From positions 173,476,001 through 173,540,000 of the forward strand of contig OX597816.1 of NCBI GenBank assembly GCA_951406725.2: a DNA stretch of 64,000 nt. The letters are read 5' to 3'. A program made the translations under genes and the position numbers. The notes beneath the pieces are model-generated. The model searched no databases. It was not told the origin of the DNA and saw only the letters and a list, made by a program, of their open reading frames with translations. Positions 24,984 to 38,491 of this stretch are shown here, one piece after another. The DNA is from Octopus vulgaris. Lineage: Eukaryota. How positions within the stretch are numbered: the stretch's first letter is position 1; each line of letters opens with the position of its first letter.

Positions 24984-25532
24984 TCATCATCATCATCATC
25001 ATCGTCGTTTAACGTCCGTTCTCCATGCTAGCATGGGTTGGACGGTTCGACCGGGGTCTGGGAAGCCAGAAGGCTGCACCAGGCCCAGTCTGATCTGGCA
25101 ATGTTTCTACGGCTGGATGCCCTTCCTAACGCCAACCACTCCGTGAGTGTAGTGGGTGCTTTTTACATGCCACCTGCACAGGTGCCAGGCGGGGCTGGCA
25201 ACGGCCACGGTCGGATTGGTGTATTTTATGTGCCACCGGCACGGAAGCCAGTCGAGGCGGTGCTGGCATCGGCCACGAGTCGGATAGTGCTTTTTACGTA
25301 CCACCAGACCAGGGATCCTGGCTGGTTCAATTCGATTTCGATTTCGCTTGCCCCAACATGTCTTCACAAGCAAAGGGGGTTGGCAAGGGTGCCTGTCGTA
25401 CGGTCGCATTGGAGTATTTTACGTGCCACGGCCACGAGTCGGATAGTGCTTTTTACGTACCACCAGACCAGGGATCCTGGCTGGTTCAATTCGATTTCGA
25501 TTTGAACCAGCCAGGATCCCTGGTCTGGTGGT
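24984..25532 (-). mobile_element. RTE 3'-tail element with duplication and terminal fold-back
   Basis: Same tail. ~25271-25345 is repeated at ~25430-25500, with a hairpin at 25459-25532. Confidence 0.85.
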
Positions 25533-25850
25533 AATGGGTTATTTGAATTCTTCCAGTACAAAGCCCCTTACCTTTATTTAAATTTTTCCAGTAGCATGAC
25601 AACACTATATCAAAGTTAGAACTGTTTAAGAATTCTACTGGCTAATTGTACAAACAGCTGATGCTTCTTCATTTGTTCACACTCACCTTCTAAACAGTAC
25701 TCAGTTCCTTCTAATTCCTTTTCATCCTCATTATAAAAACATACGATGCAACAGGAATGTTGTCTCGCTCCCACCCCAGTAAATATAAATTGCCTTTCTT
25801 TAAAAATGTACTATTGGATTGCAATGACACAGAAATTTCTGCAGGATTTC

Positions 25851-27153
25851 AAGGATTTGTTGAAAAGTTCATAGGTCAACCAAGATACTCTCATGAAATG
25901 GGATCAAATGAGGTTTAGTTTTCAACATGGTCCTTTCTGTGGTCTACATACTTCTTCCATTGGTGTTGCATTGTTTGGATCCCATTGGTGAAGAAGCTTT
26001 CATCCTGTTAGTCAATCAAGAACAGATGTGATGACATGATCACTGTGATACTAGTTCCCAACTAAGTGTCTTTTCATGTTGGGAACAGATGATTGTCCGA
26101 TGGGACCAAATCAGGCGTATAGGGAGGATGCTCAACCAGTTCAAAGCCACAGTCACACACAGCAGCTGATTAAAAGCAAGGACTTGTGTGCAGGAGCATT
26201 TTCCTAATGAAACAAGACCCCTTTCATCAATTTTCCTGAGCATTTGGTCTTGATACTTTTTGTGACTGTCTCAGCAAATTGGCATAGGACTCTCCATTAA
26301 TGGTGTGTCCCTTTTGAAGGTAGTCAATAAACACAATGCATTTTTCATTCCAAAATACTGAGGCCATCACCTTCCCTGCAAAGGAAACAATCTAATCTTG
26401 GTCTTCTTTAGAGCAGGTAAGGAGGGGTGTTTCCACTACATAGATTGTCTTTTTGTCTTTGGCTCAAAGTGATGAAGCCAACACTCATCTTGAGTGAGGA
26501 AATGTTCAAGAGACTCAGCTGGATCAGCCTCAAATAAAGACGATTTTCCCATGATGTGATCAGTTTGGTGTACTCTTGATTGCGTGTCAGGTGTAGCACC
26601 CATCATGCAGAAACTTCCATCATACCAAGTTCATTGTGCAGAATATTCTCACCTCTCTCATGGGATATACTAATAGCATAGGCTATCTGATTTATAGTCA
26701 ATCGCCTGTCATCTATCACCATGAACCTGATCTGTGTTTACCTTGATGGTGACAGTCTAGACCTTGGGTCATCTTCAAGACTCACCCTTCCCCTCCTAAA
26801 TTCAGTTGCCCACTTTTGCACTGTTGGAGTGGCATCCCCTAATGTAGTAATCATGTCAGCATGACTGTCCTGGGGGGTGGGGGTGGCGGCTAAACCCTTT
26901 CTCCTGGGGGGGGGGGGGCTAAACCTTTTCTCCTGCAGGTACTTGATAACACCACAATACCAAATTTTGTTCATTTTCAAGAGAAGTTGCTACTAGTTTC
27001 ATTTGAAGTCTTCTTTGAAGAGTCAGGTGTCAGTTTACCTGGAAAGAAACAATGAGGTTATTAATAAAGAGAGCTGAACTTTATGCATGCAAGATTTCAC
27101 TACTCTAGCATCACTCCTTCATAGTCAGCCTATGAAGTTTTCAGCCCACCCTC
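25851..27153 (-). mobile_element. Full-length decayed mariner with both TIRs
   Basis: TTGAAAAGTTCATAGGTCAAC and GTCAGCCTATGAAGTTTTCAG ends. Protein remnants MNKIWYCGVIKYL..TVQKWATEFRRGRVSLEDDPRS. Confidence 0.88.
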
Positions 27154-27334
27154 ATATATCCATTATTGTCCACCAATTGTTATCAACTGATATTGCTTTC
27201 TCATTGGATCTTCTGTTGTGGAAGAGTATCTCCATTAGCTAACACCAACTCCTGTCATACCTATCGAGATCCTTGCCACCTCTTTGTCTTTTCCAGTTTA
27301 ACTCCCTTCTTTTGCTATATTTCTTTTAATTTCT

Positions 27335-27650
27335 GGGTATGATTGTATGGTTCCAAAATTTGCCTTGCAAGCACATCGTTTTGGATTCAGTCCCACTGAA
27401 TGGTACCTTAGGCAAGTATCTTCTATGAAAGCCCTGGGCCAACCAAATCCTTGTGAGTGGATTTGATGGATGAGAACTGAAAAAAAAAACGTGTGTGTGT
27501 GTGTTTCCCTATCCTGACATTACATGATAGTTGTGAGCACTCTCATACAAGTGGTACCCTTAGTTTCTAATCTTCTGTGAAAACATGTTCAGCTCAGAGG
27601 AAATACGACCTTATTGGAAACGAGTGAGGGTTGGCAAGAGGAAGTACATC
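27335..27650 (+). mobile_element. Old SINE with family A head and a different 3' body
   Basis: CCTTAGGCAAGT..TTGTGAGTGGATTTG head. The body resembles the reverse complement of 16850-16990. Confidence 0.6.
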
Positions 27651-29366
27651 CATCATCATCATCATCATCATCATCAACATTTAACGCCTGTTTTCTATGT
27701 TGGCTTGGGTTGAGTGGCTTGACAGTAACAGGCAAGGGGCTGCATCAGTTTCCATAGTTTGTTTTGGTTTGGTTTCTACAGCTGGATGCCTTTCTTAAAG
27801 CCAACCACTTTACAGAGTGTACTGGGTGCTTTTTACAAGGTACCAACACCAACAGCAATGCTTTTCATGTGGCACCTTGGTTTTAGGATATCAATTCTGT
27901 TGTGGCGGGTGGGTCCTCTTGACTGCAGCAATGTGCCATGTATCTCAGTCCTCCGTCTCCTTGGAAAGGTTCAGCATTTTGAGATCAACCTTTCATATTT
28001 CAACCTTTTATCTGTAGAAAATTTGCCTCAATGAATTCCATCCGATCAGATGAAAATGGAAAAGAGGACATTAAAACAATGAAATTGATGATGACAATGT
28101 CAATAACACCTTAGTCTGTCTCTTTCCCACTGTTTCTTTTTCATTCAAATGTATACAAAAACAAAAGTTGTTAGAACAGATACAAACAGTGTAATGCTAC
28201 AAGAATAGTCAGTCCATGCAAATAACTGTATATTGTTAGTTAAAACAAAATTGTCTGTTTTGATGTGAATATTACATTGTTACAGACATAAATTAATGTT
28301 TTCTTGAGAGATGAAAAATGAGCACCGAAGAAAAAAAGTATATTTTCAGAGAGAAAAAAACCCCTTCAAAAAACAAAAGATGATCTTTCTGTAATGATGT
28401 ATGAATTGTATTGATACATTACAAATTTCCCATAGGAAAAAAAAAATTATCATAAGAGATATTGGTGGTGCAGGTGCCAACAGTGGGACTGATGGATTAC
28501 AGGTACTGATGCCTCCATGGCAACAATAAGAACAAAAGTAGTAGGTTTCAGGTGAGAATTAGAGATGACCTATTTTATTCAGATAATGAGAAAGCTACTT
28601 AAAACTGGAATCGTAAGTGTAAGAATGAATGGCAGGTCATAAAGGATTTGTTAAAATCAAGGTCAAACACACACACACACACACACATACCACAATTATC
28701 TCTGCATAGGTATCAGAATCACAACTGACAGATAAGCAAAAGGAAATTTTTATGATGCCATCTTGTATATTACCATGATAAAGAATGGTTGTGACTTTAT
28801 CATCTTTATCATCACAGTTCATGACTTTAATAGATTGTTGGGAAACACTATGATGGCTATTCCAGTATGTATGCTTTAGGACATGATGTAAGGAAAAAAG
28901 ATTGATTAAGGCTCTTGCAGTTCTGTGATACAATTGACCTAACCATTTGCAGCCCTAACTTCAGCTAGCCACCTGATAACCTATTCACAGGCAAACCAGT
29001 TGAACTTCATGTTTATAAGAAAACAAGATGAGCAATTTATTGTCAAGACTAAGTCAACTGCCAAGAAATGTACCTTTTAACATAGACTCGAGATCAGCAG
29101 CCTTGGGATAAGAGGGAGATCGACTGAAAGATGTAAGAAATCTTGTGAAGGAAAGTATGGAAGCTGAAAGATACTTTAGTTGGATTAAAGAAGTATCAGT
29201 TAATATGCATGATGTTTGAAGAAGTTCCAGTTGACATGGTAAGATGATAAGGAGGAGGATATATAACATACAGGACAACTCATTCTGTGAGACTGCTGTG
29301 AGCCATAGACTAGGTCTTTGAATAGAGCAAGGTTCCAGCCAGTTGAAAGGTGATATGTTAGTGGAA

Positions 29367-29598
29367 GGCGGCGAGCTGGCAGAAACGTTAGCACGCCGGG
29401 CGAAATGCGTAGCCGTATTTCGTCTGTCGTTACGTTGTGAGTTCAAATTCCGCCGAGGTCGACTTTGCCTTTCATCCTTTTGGGGTCGATAAATTAAGTA
29501 CCAGTTACGCACTGGGGTCAATGTAATTGACTTAATACCTATGTCTGTCCTTGTTTGTCCCCTCTGTGTGTAGCCCCTTGTGGGCAGTAAAGAAATAG
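29367..29598 (+). mobile_element. SINE family B with TSD
   Basis: GGCGGCGAGCTGGCAGAAACG..AAAGAAATAG, flanked by GATATRTTAGTGGAA. Confidence 0.9.
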
Positions 29599-29974
29599 AT
29601 ATATTAGTGGAAAAGCATGGTAGACAGAGCCATAAGAACTAAGATAACCTGGAAATGTTTGAGAAATATGAGGAGCAAGTAACAGTGTTAGATAAAACAG
29701 AAGGTAGATATTTGGTACACATAACACAGAGAAGCTGAAAGTCAGAGGTTTGTCTCTCTCCTGTGGTACAAGGACCAGAAGTATAAGGTGCTAAATCAAG
29801 ATGTTGCAACACTACATACTTCCAAACAACTGCAACATCAACAACCATACTAGGTTGTTGTCATTCTATGTAAGGTTATAAACCACTTATATGCCAAGGA
29901 ATCCTAAGATAACAATGCTATAATACAATGAGTTCAGTTTCCCATCCTTGGTATGGATATCCTAAGAAATATAT

Positions 29975-30570
29975 ATTTCTTTACTGCTCATAAGGGTCTG
30001 AACATAGAGGGGACAAACAAGGACAGACAAAGGGATTAAGTCGATTACATCGACCCAGTGCGAAACTGGTACTTTATTTATCGACCCCGAGAGGATGAAA
30101 GGCAAAGTCGACCACGGCGGAATTTGAACTCACAACGTAACGGCAGACGAAATACCTATTTCTTTACTACCCTCAAGGGGCTAAACACAGAGGGGACAAA
30201 CAAGGACAGACAAAGGGATTAAGTCGATTACATCGACCCAGTGCGAAACTGATACTTTATTTATCGACCCCGAGAGGATGAATGGCAAAGTCGACCACGG
30301 CGGAATTTGAACTCAGAACGTAACGGCAGACGAAATACCTATTTCTTTACTACCCACAAGGGGCTAAACATAGAGGGGACAAACAAGGACAGTCAAAGGG
30401 ATTAAGTCGATTACATCGACCCAGTGCGAAACTGATACTTTATTTATCGACCCCGAGAGGATGAAAGGCAAAGTCGACCACGGCGGAATTTGAACTCAGA
30501 ACGTAACGGCAGACGAAATACCGCAAAGCATTTCGCCTGGCACGCTAACATTTCTGCCAGCTCGCTGCCT
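29975..30570 (-). mobile_element. Head-to-tail trimer of SINE family B
   Basis: Three ~182-bp units, only the rightmost carrying the 5' head. TAAGAAATA on both flanks. Confidence 0.9.
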
Positions 30571-31559
30571 TAAGAAATAGCTAGCATATATAAGTAAGAC
30601 TAGTTTGTTAATGAGAGACATGATATTGCCATGTCACACTGCTTCATGATGGAGTGTACAGTAGAATCTCAAATCGTACTGAAATGTTTGATTAGCTACT
30701 TCTGCCTCTGATGCCTATATGTTTGGGGCAGAGTTAACCAAGAAGTCTTAACTATAAGCATCACTGCCACTATCACCAACATTATAACCAGAAACCAACT
30801 ATGAGCCTCTACATCAAATGTTTCAAAAAATTTTACGTGCTGGTCCCCTTACAGTTTTTTTGATGATTCACAGTCCCTTATAAAAAGCAGGATAAGTAAC
30901 ATGGAAAAAACTGACATACTTTCATGCACCGTATTTTCCAGACTATGAACCGCTCTGCCAATAAACCAGCAACCCCCAAAAACCACAACTTAATCCCCCC
31001 CCCCACTGAACTACAATAAATACACATGAAAATATGGGGAATCAGTTGATCAATTGGTTAGAAAGCAAATGAGAAACTGAAACAGTCTGAAAATATCCCA
31101 GGTATCCCGTATTAACAACTGCGTAAGACCCATTTATACCCATTTGGCAGAAAGAAACCAGAGGTCATACACCAAAAATTACAGTGGGTTTTGAGCTTTT
31201 GGCATCATCTTCCCCTTTTGCCATGTTTTGAGATGTTATTCTTCCCCATTGGCAGGTCATTCCTCATATTGATTTTCGAAGAGGTGTATTTCAATCAATT
31301 TAGGTATTTTCGCAGAAGAATTATAATAGAATCCGAAAATGTACATAAGTTTATGCCAGTTAGACCACTAGTTTCTGCTGACTGGACCACAGGAAACCAT
31401 AATTTTAATAGAAACACCCTCTTCTCCTCCTCCTCCTCTGAAGGTTTGTTGTCTCTTTTCCTTAATCTCTGATACATAACATGACAATAAAAAAATCATA
31501 TAAGAAATTATTTACTCACAAAACCAGATCATCTGTCATTTTATTTACAGCAAAGTTCA

Positions 31560-32790
31560 GTGTCATGGGTGTACCTGCTTTGCAGCAACCAGCTGTTCTA
31601 TATTCGGCACTGTTTTGGAGAGGGCAACCCTCATTTCTCGTGTGACATCCAGTCAACTACGTGACTTCATTTTGATGGCAAAGAGAGTGGAAAACGGGAT
31701 CTCACACTCATAGGTGGTTGGAAATGGCATCAGTACTTAAAGAACCATCTTTGTGACATCAGGATATGATTGTGCCATTTCAATCCAAAAGTCAGAACAG
31801 CATATTTCACAGGAAAACATTTTTCCTCTCGATCATTGACCAAATCAATGAACTGCTCTTGAATTGAATTGTCTTGTGTTGGCAGATCACTAACAGAGAG
31901 CACAAAGGGGTTCCTGATAAAGCAGCAGTGTTTGTCAAGGTCATGAAGATCAGGAAAATAAAGAGATATTTCTCTGCCAAATATTGACTTGTGTTGTTTC
32001 AGGAGTTCAATGATATCGGACTTGAAGCTCATTTTAATCAATAAGCACGTTTAGTTGAGGAAATGATGCAAAGTTCTTTCTATCCAACTTTTAGTGCCAA
32101 AATTCAAGCTTCATTTTCAAAGCAATTAGTTTTTCATGAGAATGAAGCATGGTTATATCTTACCCTTGTAGTAAAAGATTGACAGCATTCACTGACTTGA
32201 ATGTCCACCAAAAATGCAAAGCAGATCAGAAAATAAAGGTCGGAGAATTTGACATGTAAATCTGGTTTGGCATCTTGTAAAAAAAATCGTTGACTACATT
32301 TTGTAGAAGGAAGACCCTCTTTGTTGTTTTCCCTCACGAAAGCCATCTCACTTCTGAGTGCAACAGAAGCACTTTGAGTTCAGAATCATTTTCTTTGCAC
32401 AACTTGGCAAACAGACGAGAGTTGAGTGTGTTCACTGTCATCACATAATTAAGAACATTTTTTAAAAATCATCAGCCATGGTTGTTCACCATTAGTGCTT
32501 GTCGATAAGTTGTACAGTGTATACCAATAGCACCTGGAGACTTTTCTTTCACCAAATCTGAAAGCTGGAATGGCAAGCAAGCATTGCTGAAGCACCGTCA
32601 GTGCACACGCCAATGACAGGCTCCCAGTTGACATCATGTGCCTCAAAAGACTTGTCCATTTTGTTACATATTTCCCTTGTGGTTGTTTTGGTGCTGAGGG
32701 TTTCGCAAAATAGGAATTCATCTTCCAGGTGATTGTTATGTACATAACATACATAAACGCACAGTTGGGCCAAGTTGGCAGCAACCACTC
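31560..32790 (-). mobile_element. Decayed hAT (Buster/Charlie, ZBED5-like) transposase
   Basis: NLAQLCVYV..EDEFLFCE..VCTDGASAM, and C-terminal PFPTTYECEIPFSTL..MRVALS. Confidence 0.88.
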
Positions 32791-33017
32791 ATTTTGAGTC
32801 TCACAAGTGTCATTATCTTAGTTACTTTCCGTGAAAAGTTTTTACCCAGTCAGACAACAGGATTTCAAAGCACATGTTGTCAACTGTAAACACTCATGTC
32901 AAAGTGGAAGAGGCAAGGAGATCACAAGTTCACAACAACAACACTATCACTATCAAACTGATACTACTAATACAATATTTTCAACTATACACATTACCAA
33001 AACTATTATCCTCACTA

Positions 33018-33246
33018 TTAACCCTTTCGTTACCGTATTTATTTTGAGATCCTCTGAGTTTCTTTCAATTATTTTAAATATAACAAAGAATTTAGTAAAA
33101 TGATTTAGTTATCTTTCAGCTAGTGTTAAGAACATAAATTGTGACTAAGGTTTGGTGGAAGATTTTAATTCAAAACTTATGAAAATGAAACATTTGTAGT
33201 ACAGATCCAGAGCCGGTTTCAGCCGGGTTGGTAATGAAAGGGTTAA
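33018..33246. mobile_element. TTAA-flanked MITE (piggyBac-like ends)
   Basis: TTAA-CCCTTTCGTTACC and GGTAATGAAAGGG-TTAA ends. Confidence 0.85.
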
Positions 33247-34155
33247 AGGAGCTTCTACATGATGAATCAACCTGCCAGAAATAGCAGTCATATCCCCTTT
33301 AAATCATATCCCACTATCTTATCAAGAGGATTCAGTTAAAACTACACTTCATGATGTTGTATTAGTTATATGATGTGTGAAAATGCTTAACACAGGATGG
33401 TCAAGGCTGGAAAAGGTTTCTTTGATTGGGTTGATTCGGGGCTAAACAATGACAACACTATAACCAAAACACTATTATCATGACAAACCAGGATGGAAGC
33501 TTCTACATGGCCATTCGACCTACTAGACATAATAGCCAATTTTTCTCAATCTACACCCTACTGTATTAGAAAAAGACATATTGGATGGATTATGTGGTTG
33601 TGGGTTCATTGCATGTAGGAAAACATTGAATGGTCATGCCGATCTTAACCCTAATTACAACCCTCTGCATCACCATTAGCACTATCATGAACAGCAATTA
33701 CTACCACCAAAGCTAAAAAAAAAATTCAGTAGACATTTGCATTCTGCAAATTTAGTTAAAAATCCCCCCCACCCAGCCTTTTTGTTTGTTTATTTTATTT
33801 TTTTCTGCTTTATATCACAAATGGGACTTCCTTTGGAAAGATCAACTACTAGAAAGGTCAGCCTCCATAAAGGTTAACAACTCCAGCAATCGGCAAGTCT
33901 ATATAATATTTGTTATTTTTAGGGTGGTGAAGAGAGAGTCGACAATGATGCTACCCAGTTATGTAACTCTGGACCACTCTGGTTTCTCAGATTAAATTCA
34001 CTTGTGTAAGAGGGTGAGATATCAATTTTGATATTTGGAGTGACAAAAGTAGGGTGGGTCAATGAAGTACCAGTAATATATTGCAGTCAATTCAATTGTC
34101 CAACTTTTCCTGTCTGTGTAATATTTTCTCAAAGATAAATAACAACAACAATAAT

Positions 34156-34558
34156 CTTTTACTTGTTTCAGTAATTTGACTGTGGCCATGCTGGAGCACC
34201 GCCTTTAGTCGAGCAAATCAACCCCAGGACAATTCTTTGTAAGCCTAGTACTTATTCTATTAGTGTCTTTTGCCGAACTGCTGAGTTACGGGGATGCAAA
34301 CATACCACCATCGGTTGTCAAGCGATGTTGGGGGGACAAACACAGACACACAAATATACGCACACACATATACATATATATACATATATATATACAACGG
34401 GCTTCTTTCAGTTTCCGTCTACAAAATCCACTCACAAGGCTTTGGTTGGCCCAAGGCTATAGTAGAAGACACTTGCTCAAGGTGCCACGCAGTGGGAATG
34501 AACCTGAAACCATGCGGCTGGTAAGCAAGCTACTTACCTCACAGCCACTCCTGCACCT
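34156..34558 (-). mobile_element. SINE family A
   Basis: Sequence match. Confidence 0.88.
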
Positions 34559-35269
34559 AATAATAATAATCATAATATGGCAACCAGCCATAGAAATCAT
34601 TCCAGAACAGACAATGGAGATTGATACAGCCCCTGGCCTTACCAGCTTCGTTCAAACTGTTTAACCCATGCCAGCATGGGAAAAAAATGTTAAAGGATGA
34701 TAAGGAGGATGGGTGCCTGAGATAACCAGTTTATTGCCTCAACATTTATATGCAAGAGGTGACTTTTAGATAGAGCCGAAATGTTCTGCCCATCACTTTA
34801 GTGTCAGTGACTTCTCTGTTAATAAAAAAAGGTCATCAGGCCTAAACAGGAGGCAGTTCTTATTGCTTAGAGTCCATATGCATTGAGGGTACACCATCAT
34901 GCATCTCCACAACCGTCCTCTTTCTCTTTCTCTCTCTCTCTCTCTAACCAAGACAGCTAGGTATCTCCTCTACAGCAAGACACCTATTTCTGTCCCTCTA
35001 CCATAGTTTAATCTTTCATCACCTGGCACAAGCCACCTCCCTCAGTATTACATCCCATCTCAGTTGAGAGGTCTTTGTCTTGCAAGTTACTTGCTTACCT
35101 TGTCAGTGCTGATGTCATGTAAAAAGCACCCAGTACATTCTGTAAAATAGTTGTAATTAGGAAGGGCATCCAGCAGTAGAAACCATGCTAAAACTTACCA
35201 GCTCCTGTCAAACTGTATAATTCATGTCAGCATGAAACACAGACATTAAATGATGATGGTAATGATATA

Positions 35270-35467
35270 TGTGACCTCGTCTGTATCACTAGCGATTTTT
35301 TTCCTCTGTCTTCCCTTCTCGAGATCTTTCCTTCTCCTATGTTTCTGACGAAGAGCTCCGCTCGAAACGTCAAACCCTCCTTCTTCCCTTCTTTCCTGAG
35401 CGTCCAATAATACTTTATTTGTTCCACGTCCTTGCGTTGTTGTCTTTTTGTTTTCTTGTTTGGATTA

Positions 35468-35470
<3 letters not shown>
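35270..35470 (+). mobile_element. Penelope-like terminal-repeat fragment
   Basis: Pyrimidine-rich segment carrying a minimal hammerhead and ending at (TA)n. Confidence 0.65.
35341..35375 (+). ncRNA. Minimal type I hammerhead ribozyme motif
   Basis: GTTT-CTGACGA-A-GAGC(TCC)GCTC-GAAA-CG-TC-AAAC: intact core, paired stems I and II, palindromic ACGT in place of stem III. Confidence 0.75.
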
Positions 35471-35511
<41 letters not shown>

Positions 35512-35850
35512 GAAACACCTTTATATATATCATTTATATACACATGTATATATAATGATTATCAAAAAGTGAAAAGAGCATACATGTATTTTCATATAAT
35601 TCTTTTATTTTTTTATCATCTAAACTCAGTATCCTTTTATTGTGGCACTTTACCATAAGTTTCTGTGGATAGTATTTGAAATCTAGCCAGTGTTTTATAT
35701 ACACATGGTAGAATTACTGGGAATTGCTATTTAAGGGAGCAAATCACCTCTAAGTTTATATTTTTTTATGTTGAAAAATCATTCTGAAAGATTGAAAAGA
35801 GCAGACATATTTCCATATAATTCTTTTACTTTTTTATTAGCTAAACTCCT

Positions 35851-36079
35851 TTAACCCTTTAGTGTTTAAACCGGCCCTATCCGGCCAAAATATTCTACCT
35901 GTTTTATGTTCAAACTAGTCAGATATGGTCATTCATAGCTACCTAATTGTGTCATTTTTAAAAATAAACAATCACATCATTGAAATCTCAAAGCCATGAA
36001 ATGATGCAAGATTAATTTTACATGGTGTGAATACATAGGCTTTACGTTTGACAGGATAATTTGAATGCTAATGGGTTAA
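35851..36079. mobile_element. TTAA-flanked MITE
   Basis: TTAACCCTTTAGTGTT and GCTAATGGGTTAA ends. Paralog at 60902. Confidence 0.85.
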
Positions 36080-36169
36080 GTCTCTGGTAGTCATGGATAG
36101 TACCATTTCATCCTCTTTCTGGACTCTTTAGCACAACTCTTTAGCTTAGGGAAACCAACCTCCTGAACC

Positions 36170-37900
36170 ATGAGCTGTAAACATTGCACCAAGAAAAATG
36201 AACAAACAAGCAAGCAATGCAAAAAACCAGCATTCAGACTCGGATGTTGGAACATAAGGACCATGACAACTGGTCTGTCAGGGGACCTTCAAGAAATCAG
36301 CAACACACACTAGACAACAGTGATCAACAACAAACTGCTTCGACTCTGAGTGGACATTGCAGCACTCCAGGAAAAGTGACTCCTAGACTCAGGGACCCTT
36401 CGTGAAAGAGACTATACCTTTTTGGGGCAAGAGAAAGGCACAGATGAAGTTAGAGAGCATGGTGTCAGCTTTGCCATGAAAAACTCTCTTCTGAAGTTGG
36501 TAGAACTCAACAGTGATGGCTCAGTGTGGATACTTTTTCTTCGATTGCACACTTTTGATGGGCCTGTCAACCTTATCAGTGCATATGCTCCAATCCTCTA
36601 TTCCTCACAAGATGCCAAGGATAAGTTCTATGATCAGCTCTCTAGGAAAATACAGGCAATTCCAAATTGAGAACAGCTGGTGCTACTTGGTAATTTTAAC
36701 ACCAGAGTGGGAACTGATCACGACTACCGGCTGGGATGTCTGGGTCAGTACGGGGTTAGCAATATGAACGAAAATGGGCAACTATGTGTCACCAACACCT
36801 ACTTCCAGGCCAAAGCTCAACACAGAATTTCCTGGAGTCACCCTCACTCAGAGCACTGGCACCAGCCAGATTTGATTATCACAAGACCCAAACAACTGAG
36901 GAATGTTCTCCTGATTCAATCTTTTCAGAGTGCTAACTGTGACATAGACCACTGCCTGGTTTGCTGTAATCTCAAATCCCATCCAAAAGTGATGCACAGT
37001 GCCAAACCCCCAGGCAAGCAGCACATCAATATTACCACAACCCAACAACCAACTAAGACAGATACATTCCTCAAGATACTGGAAAACGCCCTTCTTGCAA
37101 ACCCATCGGGAGGCAATGTTCAGCAGAGATAGGACTCTCTCAGAGACATCATCCACAGCCCTGCACTGTGGGCCTTTGGGAAGAGGAGGAAAATGAGACA
37201 CAACTGGTTTGAGGCGAATGTGAAAGAACTCAATACCCCAATAGAGGAGAAGCATAAACACCAATCCACCAGGGCAATGCTGCAAGCATTGAGATCAGCA
37301 AGGAACAGCATGCAGAAGACAGTGAGACAGTGTGCAAATGACTACTGGTAACAACTAGATGCAGATATCAAACTGTCGTTTGACACAGGCAACATTAGTG
37401 GAATGCATGAGGGTATTAAGGAAGCCATCAGCCTAACTCAGGGCACGATAGTTCCACTCAAATCTAGAACAGGGGAATTTATCAAGGACGAAAGAGAGCA
37501 GCTGGAGAGATGAGTGGAACATTATTCCATAGAAGTCTATGCCAAAAAAAAAAAAAAACCATCTCGGGCGGTGTGCTAGATACCTATTTCTTTATTACCC
37601 ACAAGGGGCTAAACACAGAGGGGACAAACAAGGACAGACATAGGTATTAAGTCGATTACATCGACCCCAGTGCGTAACTGGTACTTAATTTATCGACCCC
37701 GAAAGGATGAAAGGCAAAGTCGACCACAGCGGAATTTGAATTCACAACGTAACGACAGACGAAATACGGCTACGCATTTCGCCTGGCGTGCTAACGTTTC
37801 TGCCAGCTATGGTGTGCTAGATACCATAGAACACCTACCCGTTGTGAAGGAGCTGAACACACTTCCAACTGCTGATGATCTGATCAGAGCCATTGAATAA
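36170..37900 (+). mobile_element. Decayed RTE (BovB-like) LINE, APE domain and linker
   Basis: WNIRTM, EHGVSFA, ISAYAP..KDKFYDQL, LLGNFNTRVG, SWSHPHSEHWHQPDLII, CDIDH. Truncated before the RT. Confidence 0.88.
37585..37810 (-). mobile_element. SINE family B with perfect 15-bp TSD
   Basis: GGTGTGCTAGATACC at 37570-37584 and at 37811-37825. Confidence 0.92.
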
Positions 37901-38064
37901 TTAATACTAGATTAAATAATTAATACTAGACCAAAATGTTCTATCCACAGTGCAAAACTATATAACGATTTTGTCCAATAGACCAAACCATACACCATAC
38001 TGGCACCAATGAATACATTGAGCTTGGAAAGCAGATGCATTAATATATATATTTATAGATATCT

Positions 38065-38491
38065 TTCTCTCTTACTCTTTTACTCTTTTACTTGTTTCAG
38101 TCATTTGACTGTGGCCATGCTGGAGCACCGCCTTTAGTCGAGCAAATCGACCCCCGGGACTTATTCTTTTTGTAAGCCCAGTACTTATTCTATCGGGCTC
38201 TTTTGCCGAACCGCTAAGTGACGGGGACGTAAACACACCAGCATTGGTTGTCAAGTAATGCTAGGGGGACAAACACAGACACACTAACACACACACACAT
38301 TACATATATATATATACACATATATATGACAGGCTTCTTTCAGTTTCCGTCTACCAAATCCAATCACAAGGCATTGGTCGGCCCGGGGCTATAGCAGAAG
38401 ACACTTGCCCAAGATGCCACGCAGTGGGACTGAACCTGGAACCATGTGGTTGGTTAGCAAGCTACTTACCACACAGCCACTCCTGCGCCTA
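38065..38491 (-). mobile_element. SINE family A
   Basis: Sequence match. Confidence 0.9.

Noticed and set aside
28440-28556. Further + strand exon candidates (also near 4444, 33923, 45822, 54325)
   Set aside because: Splice-like sites are present, but there are stops or no frame-consistent partner exon. Not supportable without RNA data.
30810-31480. Additional DNA-transposon ends (hAT-like near 30815, pogo-like CCGTATTTTCC near 30929)
   Set aside because: No matching partner TIR or convincing transposase motif could be read.
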